A stretch of 64,000 nt of DNA from a candidate division WOR-3 bacterium (GTDB taxonomy: Bacteria > Hydrothermota > Tepidihabitantia > SM23-42 > CAYGYG01), in contig CBFGIV010000002.1 of assembly GCA_965648915.1 (NCBI GenBank), positions 64,001 to 128,000 of the forward strand, in the 5' to 3' direction. The notes below the pieces were generated by a model. It saw nothing but the letters and a program-made list of their open reading frames with translations. It was not told where the DNA came from and ran no database searches. The translations under genes and the position numbers were made by a program. Positions 58,799 to 64,000 of this stretch are shown here, in pieces; within the stretch, counting starts at the first letter, position 1, and each line of letters opens with the position of its first letter.

Positions 58799-59884
58799 TT
58801 ATGAGCGAAATTTCCGTAATTTTAAACTTTTTACTACCTGTTGATAATCAGGCAGAATTACCTTACCCTGAGCCCGGTCGTAAATATAAATATCATCCAG
58901 GGGGTGAGGTGGAATCGTTTCGATGAATCTACTCTTTAATAAATCATTAAGATCTTCGGGAAAGGTATTTTTTGCTGCTTTATAAGCAATTAATCTCTGG
59001 TTAATAATTCTAACATTCATTTCGAGGAGATCATAGAGTAGTGTCGAATTTAATACCTGACCACTGTCTTGAATAAAATAGAGACCGCCGAAAGGTTCCT
59101 CAGGGATTATGGGTATAACCTTTTTATCAACCAGTTCAGATAGTTGTCGGGGATAGGAGTGGTATTTCTTGTAATATTCGTCAACGGCTTTGCTTAAAAC
59201 TTCCATATCTTCTTCAATCTGAATGTAATTCAATGAGCGGCGAGCCAACTTTTGACGAGATGGTGTGGTCGCGGAGAGTTCAATCTTTTTCCAGAGATCG
59301 CGTGCCGCCGAACGATTTCCGGCTTTACGATAGGATTGGGCAGCAAAACGGATGGATCGCCCCATAATACCTTCATTGAGATATGCAAGATAGAAGTATT
59401 TGGCGGCGCGCTGGTAATTGTAGGTTATTGTGTAATTTATAAAACCAATGTCGAACGGTAATTCATACCTTTGAGGATTTTGATACATTCCCCGAAGGAG
59501 TAATTGAATCGCCCTTTCTGGCTGATTGAGGTCCTCTGAGATCAACAATCCACCAAACCGATAGCCGTTAATAAAGAATGGATCGAGCACGGTCAGGATG
59601 TCGAATATATGGGGTAACCAATAGAAATTCAAATCGGTAAGGATATGTTGGCCATAATACTGGATGGCTTTTAACCAGACAAAGTCGGCAAGGGTCGTTT
59701 CATAATCACAGGCCATAATCTTAAGAAGACGACCTGAAGGGAAATATCTCATCTCAAAAAGAGTTTGATCAGGAGTTGATTTATAGAAGTCGAGCGCCAG
59801 ATGGAAATTGTGCAGGCAGATGGCACTGACAATTATGAGAAGAAAAGGTATGATACGATAGAATTTAATTCTAATTTTGTTCAT
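58799..59884 (-). CDS. Pilus-locus membrane-anchored TPR-like protein (PilG/XapA-like) with two pseudopilin-like YP..L..L repeats
   Basis: ADFVWLKAIQYYG, LDPFF..YRFGG, YPRQLSELV, FPEDLNDLL; follows the ABC pair; start moved to ATG 59884. Confidence 0.6.
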   Translation of the reverse strand: MNKIRIKFYRIIPFLLIIVSAICLHNFHLALDFYKSTPDQTLFEMRYFPSGRLLKIMACDYETTLADFVWLKAIQYYGQHILTDLNFYWLPHIFDILTVLDPFFINGYRFGGLLISEDLNQPERAIQLLLRGMYQNPQRYELPFDIGFINYTITYNYQRAAKYFYLAYLNEGIMGRSIRFAAQSYRKAGNRSAARDLWKKIELSATTPSRQKLARRSLNYIQIEEDMEVLSKAVDEYYKKYHSYPRQLSELVDKKVIPIIPEEPFGGLYFIQDSGQVLNSTLLYDLLEMNVRIINQRLIAYKAAKNTFPEDLNDLLKSRFIETIPPHPLDDIYIYDRAQGKVILPDYQQVVKSLKLRKFRS

Positions 59885-59885
59885 C

Positions 59886-60647
59886 CTAAAGGTCTTTTTT
59901 CTCAAAAATGATAACGGCGATTGATAAAAGAATGATAATATATGCAATAGTATAGGCTGAGACGAAGATAAGCCACTGGTTGGTAATTGGTAGATTATGG
60001 ACAAACTCAGTTTTGCTGTTTAAGTAAGAAAGGTTGGGAAGAATATAATAGAATAGGGTTGATAGATCTTTCAAGATTAGGGATTTGGCAATCTGGGCGA
60101 AGGCAAGGAGATCCTGTGTAAAATGGCCAATAAAATATATTGCAAAAGTAAAGATACCGCTACCGATTGGCGTTGTGAAGGTTGAAAGGAGAATGGCGAT
60201 TGCGGCGATCAAGAGCAATTCAAGAAGAATGAAGTAGATGGTTTTGGGGAGATTTAAGGTTAAAGGATATTTAAATATGAGCGAATAGACGACAAAACCC
60301 GCGGTAAGGACAAGTACGACGATTAGCAACGCAAGAGATATGCCTAGATACTTACCAAGGATAAATTGCCAGCGCTGAACCGGTTTGGGTAGTATGGTGT
60401 AGATGGTTTTGCGTTTGATTTCGTCGTAGACAAGCCGGGTCCCAATGATAATAGCAATCAGGATGCCGAATATTGAGATGGCGGAAGTCCCGATGTCACG
60501 GACAATTCTTAAATCTTCATCGAGGGATAGAGGGGCAATGAGCTTGGAACTTAAAATAATCAGAAGACCAAAGATAATGATTGCATAAAATGTTCGGTCC
60601 CTTAATATCTCTTTAGTCGTATTGATTGTTATAGCTACTATCTTCAT
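59886..60647 (-). CDS. ABC-2 permease (PilI-like)
   Basis: IAINTTKE.LRDR-type start, EIKRKTIYTILPKPV.R.QFILGKYLG; multiple TM helices. Confidence 0.85.
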   Translation of the reverse strand: MKIVAITINTTKEILRDRTFYAIIIFGLLIILSSKLIAPLSLDEDLRIVRDIGTSAISIFGILIAIIIGTRLVYDEIKRKTIYTILPKPVQRWQFILGKYLGISLALLIVVLVLTAGFVVYSLIFKYPLTLNLPKTIYFILLELLLIAAIAILLSTFTTPIGSGIFTFAIYFIGHFTQDLLAFAQIAKSLILKDLSTLFYYILPNLSYLNSKTEFVHNLPITNQWLIFVSAYTIAYIIILLSIAVIIFEKKDL

Positions 60648-61576
60648 CGATTCTTGAGCACTTGAGTGATAAAGTGTTCTTCAAGGGTTTTAGTATGGGG
60701 TTGGAGACTGATCAGACGACCACCCAATTCTCTTATTTTATCCACTGCCTGATCTGCATCATCCGGGGTTGAAAAGATAAATTGTATCTCTTTACCAAAT
60801 TGATTAACATAAGTAGCACTTCTTCCGACAATCTCGATACCGTCCTCGGTCAAGCCGATTGCGGTTACCTCGATCGATTCGATACTCTGCTTGAGGAGTT
60901 CATCAACGTGACCGACTGATGCCAATCTACCGTTTAACAGAATACCGACCCGATCACATATAACTTCCACATCGGGCAGGATATGGGTTGAGAAGAAGAC
61001 GGTCTTACCCTTCTTTTTCATTTCCAGCATTATATCTTTTACATCTTTTCGACCCAGAGGATCGAGGCCTTCCATTGGTTCATCAAAGATTAAAAGGTCG
61101 GGATCGTTGATCAATGCCTGGGCAATACCGAGACGCTGGACCATCCCCTTGGAATATTTAGAGATCAAAAGGTCACCAGCATCTTTTAAACCTACTTTTG
61201 CTAAGGATTCCTCAATAAACTTTCTCTTATCCTGACAATGGATATTGTGGACCTGAATGCAGAAATCGAGGAATTCGGAACCGGTAAGATGGGCATAGAA
61301 GTAAGGGTGCTCAGGTAAATATCCTGTCTTTTTTCTGATTGATATGTCTGTGACGGGCCTATCGAATATAAATGCCTGACCCGAGGAGGGAAAGATGAGG
61401 CCGGTAAGTATCTTTATTGTTGTTGTCTTGCCCGCACCGTTAGGCCCTAAAAAACCAAAGATTTCACCCGGTTCGATAGTCAGGCTGAGATCTTCCAGTG
61501 CCCGAATCTTACGCCGGGTCATCTGGGTGCGAAAGTATTTGGAGAGGTTTCTAATCTCGATTGCAAATCTATTCAT
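60644..61576 (-). CDS. ABC transporter ATP-binding protein (PilH-like)
   Basis: Motifs GPNGAGKTT, YSKGMVQR, FDEPMEGLDP, STHIL. Confidence 0.9.
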   Translation of the reverse strand: MNRFAIEIRNLSKYFRTQMTRRKIRALEDLSLTIEPGEIFGFLGPNGAGKTTTIKILTGLIFPSSGQAFIFDRPVTDISIRKKTGYLPEHPYFYAHLTGSEFLDFCIQVHNIHCQDKRKFIEESLAKVGLKDAGDLLISKYSKGMVQRLGIAQALINDPDLLIFDEPMEGLDPLGRKDVKDIMLEMKKKGKTVFFSTHILPDVEVICDRVGILLNGRLASVGHVDELLKQSIESIEVTAIGLTEDGIEIVGRSATYVNQFGKEIQFIFSTPDDADQAVDKIRELGGRLISLQPHTKTLEEHFITQVLKNR

Positions 61577-61777
61577 ATTTAAGAGAAATTACAAAGTTTC
61601 TACAACCACAGGGGTTGTACCTTCGATTGTTATCAACAAAGTTCTTAATTTTTTATATAATATTGAGTATTATATTTAGACTTAGAAATTTATTATATCT
61701 GCGCTTCGATTTTATTGCTTTTTCACCAGGATTCGGGTTAATTATATTCACAAGTATGCCAAAGTCAATATAATAAC

Positions 61778-61808
61778 AAAAAGGGGATAGCCATTTTTGA
61801 CTATCCCC
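61778..61808 (-). terminator. Rho-independent terminator after pilA
   Basis: Minus strand GGGGATAG-N10-CTATCCCC followed by TTTTT. Confidence 0.8.
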
Positions 61809-61827
61809 AGATTACTGCTGATGGTTT

Positions 61828-62349
61828 TTAGTTGTGGAAGACCAGAATGGTATTGGAACGGATAGACCTGTAGTCTCTACCCCTTATTCCAATAATTCCA
61901 TATTCTGTAGGATTAACTCCTGGCCAGATACCATATCGAATCTTACCAACATCGGCAGCTGCAAGCTGTATGTCATTGGCACCACCGAGTTTGATATCAC
62001 TATTATCACCAGAAGCAGCGTAGGTATGTTTAATGAAATCAGCAATTACCATTACATTCCCAGTATAAGGGTTCTTTGGATATTTACCAGGTGTCTTCTG
62101 CACATCTTCATCCCCACCAGGGAAATAATAGGCAAATCCTGGTGCAGGTTCTGGCCCGGTTGGATAGGCTCCATTAAAATCAACGGCATAGGCTTCACAG
62201 GAGAGCTGGGTTGTATGCATATTACCCTTGACACTTGACTGTCTGCCTCTTTCCTGCATAGCGATGAAGTTCGGGATCGCAATTGCAGCCAGAATACCGA
62301 TAATGACGACCACAACCATCAGTTCGATTAAGGTAAAGCCTCTTTTCAT
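61828..62349 (-). CDS. pilA: Type IVa pilin (likely major pilin)
   Basis: MKRG/FTLIELMVVVVIIGILAAIAIP prepilin motif; AAGGAGG SD; own terminator. Confidence 0.88.
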   Translation of the reverse strand: MKRGFTLIELMVVVVIIGILAAIAIPNFIAMQERGRQSSVKGNMHTTQLSCEAYAVDFNGAYPTGPEPAPGFAYYFPGGDEDVQKTPGKYPKNPYTGNVMVIADFIKHTYAASGDNSDIKLGGANDIQLAAADVGKIRYGIWPGVNPTEYGIIGIRGRDYRSIRSNTILVFHN

Positions 62350-62500
62350 TTTAACCTCCTTGGTGAATTACAATAAACTAATGTAATTCCAATTTTACTC
62401 ATAACTCAAATGCAGTGTGTCCCGGAGTTTTGATAGAGATTTTATTGGACAGGCTTGGGACACAGACCATTAGAAGATCTTTATTCCAATAAGCCTATTT

Positions 62501-62529
62501 ATTATATCATAAAATTAAAATAAGGTCAA
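62501..62529 (-). promoter_or_regulatory. sigma70-type promoter upstream of pilA
   Basis: TTGACC-N17-TATAAT with extended TG. Confidence 0.55.
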
Positions 62530-62562
62530 TGAGCAATTTTTCAATTTCTATTAATAAGTATA

Positions 62563-62578
62563 TGCAAAACTTGTGCCA
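62563..62578 (-). promoter_or_regulatory. sigma54 (-24/-12) promoter of pilA
   Basis: TGGCAC-AAGTT-TTGCA, exact consensus. Confidence 0.85.
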
Positions 62579-62636
62579 CTAATAAGTATTGTTATATTAA
62601 GCATTATATCCTGCTCAATTATAGAATTTGCAATTT

Positions 62637-62655
62637 TTTTTGCAAAATGCAAAAA
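62637..62655. promoter_or_regulatory. Candidate PilR-type enhancer (UAS)
   Basis: TTTTTGCAAAATGCAAAAA; exact reverse complement at 63281-63299. Confidence 0.6.
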
Positions 62656-62662
62656 ATTATCT

Positions 62663-63202
62663 TCAGTTATGGAGAAGAAATATGATCATTCCTTCCCTTA
62701 TTGACCTGCCGTCCTTACGACTGCCAATTATGCCATATTCGGTTGGCAATGTATTCGGTGGTGCAGGGGGTGGAAAGATACCGTAGCGAATCATACCGGC
62801 TCTTGGTGCCAGCCAGTCATTGGGTCCACCGATGCTACTATTACTATTCTCACCGGAATTACCATAATTAATAACCACGATATCAAGAGGGGTTAGGGGT
62901 AATGAGGTCCAGGGATTATTAGGATAAGTGCCGGGCCTTGTCTGTTTCTCTTCATCACCATTCGGAAAGTAATAGGCAAAACCATAAGGTGAGGTTTCTG
63001 GCCCAAGCGGATAGATACCGCCGAAATCTGCGGCAAACATTTCGACCGAGAGATGGACTTCATGACAGTTGTTTTTGTGTGAGGCCTGGCGGGTCCTTTC
63101 CTGAATTGTTAAGTAGTTAGGAATAGCAATGGCGGCAATAACACCAATGATTACTAAAACTACCATAAGTTCGATCAGGGTAAATCCTTTTTTATCCTTC
63201 AT
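62663..63202 (-). CDS. Second type IVa pilin, paralogue of the adjacent pilA
   Basis: KKG/FTLIELMVVLVIIGVIAAIAIP; shares GFAYYFP.GDE, PTEYGIIG and the C-terminal HN. Confidence 0.85.
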   Translation of the reverse strand: MKDKKGFTLIELMVVLVIIGVIAAIAIPNYLTIQERTRQASHKNNCHEVHLSVEMFAADFGGIYPLGPETSPYGFAYYFPNGDEEKQTRPGTYPNNPWTSLPLTPLDIVVINYGNSGENSNSSIGGPNDWLAPRAGMIRYGIFPPPAPPNTLPTEYGIIGSRKDGRSIREGMIIFLLHN

Positions 63203-63217
63203 AATGACAATTTAATA

Positions 63218-63233
63218 AGCAAAAATTATGCCT
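63218..63233 (-). promoter_or_regulatory. sigma54 promoter of the second pilin
   Basis: AGGCAT-AATTT-TTGCT, GG-N10-GC spacing. Confidence 0.7.
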
Positions 63234-63280
63234 GAATAATTTACTGAAAAATCAGAGGTTTTAATCGAGTTTTCATAATA

Positions 63281-63299
63281 TTTTTGCATTTTGCAAAAA
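63281..63299. promoter_or_regulatory. Candidate PilR-type enhancer (UAS), second copy
   Basis: TTTTTGCATTTTGCAAAAA, about 50 bp above the sigma54 box. Confidence 0.6.
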
Positions 63300-64000
63300 T
63301 TATCCCTTCCTTATCTTTTTAAGTTTTCGATAGAGGGTTGACGGATGCATCCCGAGCCGGTGGGCGGCCCGGACCACATTCCCTTTTTCTATCTTTAAGG
63401 TCTTAGTAATCTCTTTGTATTCAATCTCAGCCAGAGAAGATGTGGTAATTTTGGGCTCAAAGGATGGGAAGAACTGGGGGGTGATAATGGACTTATCACA
63501 GAGGATTGCCATTCTCTCCACAACATTCTCCAGCTCCCGGATATTACCCGGCCAGTGATACTCTTTTAATGCCTTGATTGTCTCCTTAGCAAATGTCTTC
63601 TCTTTTATGCCCATCTTCTGGCAGATATTTTTGAGGAAGTGTTCGGCTAATATAGGGATATCTTCAACCCTTTCTCTCAGTGGGGGCAGGAGAATCGGGA
63701 AGACATTGATTCGAAAGTAGAGGTCTTCGCGGAATTTTCCCCGGGCGACTTCTTCCTCAAGATTCTTATTGGTTGCGGCAATGAGGCGGACATCAACTTT
63801 GATCGGAGTGGTGGAGCCAAGAGGGACAATCTCTTTTTCCTGAAGCAGTCTTAAGATCTTCATCTGGATTGATGCCGGTGCATCGCCGATCTCGTCGAGG
63901 AAGAAACTCCCCTGATCGGCGGCAAGGAGGAGTCCTTCTTTATCCTGATGCGCACCGGTGAAGGCGCCTTTCTTATAGCCAAAGAGTTCACTCTCGAGAA
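63300..64000 (-). CDS. sigma54-dependent enhancer-binding regulator (NtrC/PilR-like), 5' part outside the window
   Basis: Frame open to the window edge: ESELFGYKKGAFTGA, FLDEIGD, RLIAATN, FREDLYFR, WPGNIREL, Fis-type HTH. Confidence 0.9.
   Translation of the reverse strand, partial: LESELFGYKKGAFTGAHQDKEGLLLAADQGSFFLDEIGDAPASIQMKILRLLQEKEIVPLGSTTPIKVDVRLIAATNKNLEEEVARGKFREDLYFRINVFPILLPPLRERVEDIPILAEHFLKNICQKMGIKEKTFAKETIKALKEYHWPGNIRELENVVERMAILCDKSIITPQFFPSFEPKITTSSLAEIEYKEITKTLKIEKGNVVRAAHRLGMHPSTLYRKLKKIRKG

Noticed and set aside
59885..60004. 40-aa N-terminal extension of ORF 58799-60004
   Set aside because: Overlaps the permease gene in another frame; ATG 59884 follows the permease stop directly.
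61828..62349. Conductive e-pilin
   Set aside because: About 18 of 169 mature residues are F/Y/W, but positions 27 and 32 are not aromatic and there is no F/Y/W between 24 and 50; no cytochrome context.

Overview
A 64-kb, gene-dense bacterial chromosomal segment using the standard code (TGA is a normal stop, with many ATGA overlaps). Gene content suggests a diderm anaerobe: LolCDE, PorU/PorV-like proteins, T9SS/FlgD-type C-terminal domains, McsAB, HprK, RicT/PSP1 and a deltaproteobacterial-style pilR-pilA-pilHI locus. An FCB-related lineage such as WOR-3 is plausible but is inference only. Most genes are housekeeping (miaA, mutL, lysS, gpsA, plsY, der, era, mazG, rsmG, ftsK, accA, hpf, hprK, pcm, rpsA, mtaB, miaB, dapA, dacB, guaB), plus tRNA-Leu(GAG) and tRNA-Pro(CGG). 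Main finding: the ORFs at 21384-21965 and 22038-23339 share one frame and are separated only by a single TGA. That TGA follows a Cys codon and precedes an fdhF-like SECIS hairpin (AGGUCU apex), predicting a 651-aa secreted selenoprotein with a Cys-Sec motif and a C-terminal sorting domain. Other notable signals: sigma70 promoters mostly with 16-bp spacers, many implying leaderless mRNAs; a 34-bp palindromic direct repeat bracketing a three-gene block; two tandem pilins, each with a sigma54 promoter and the same palindromic enhancer; probable AUU starts for mazG and rsmG; and a cyclase-STAND-TPR protein. No CRISPR array, rRNA, integrase or transposase was seen.
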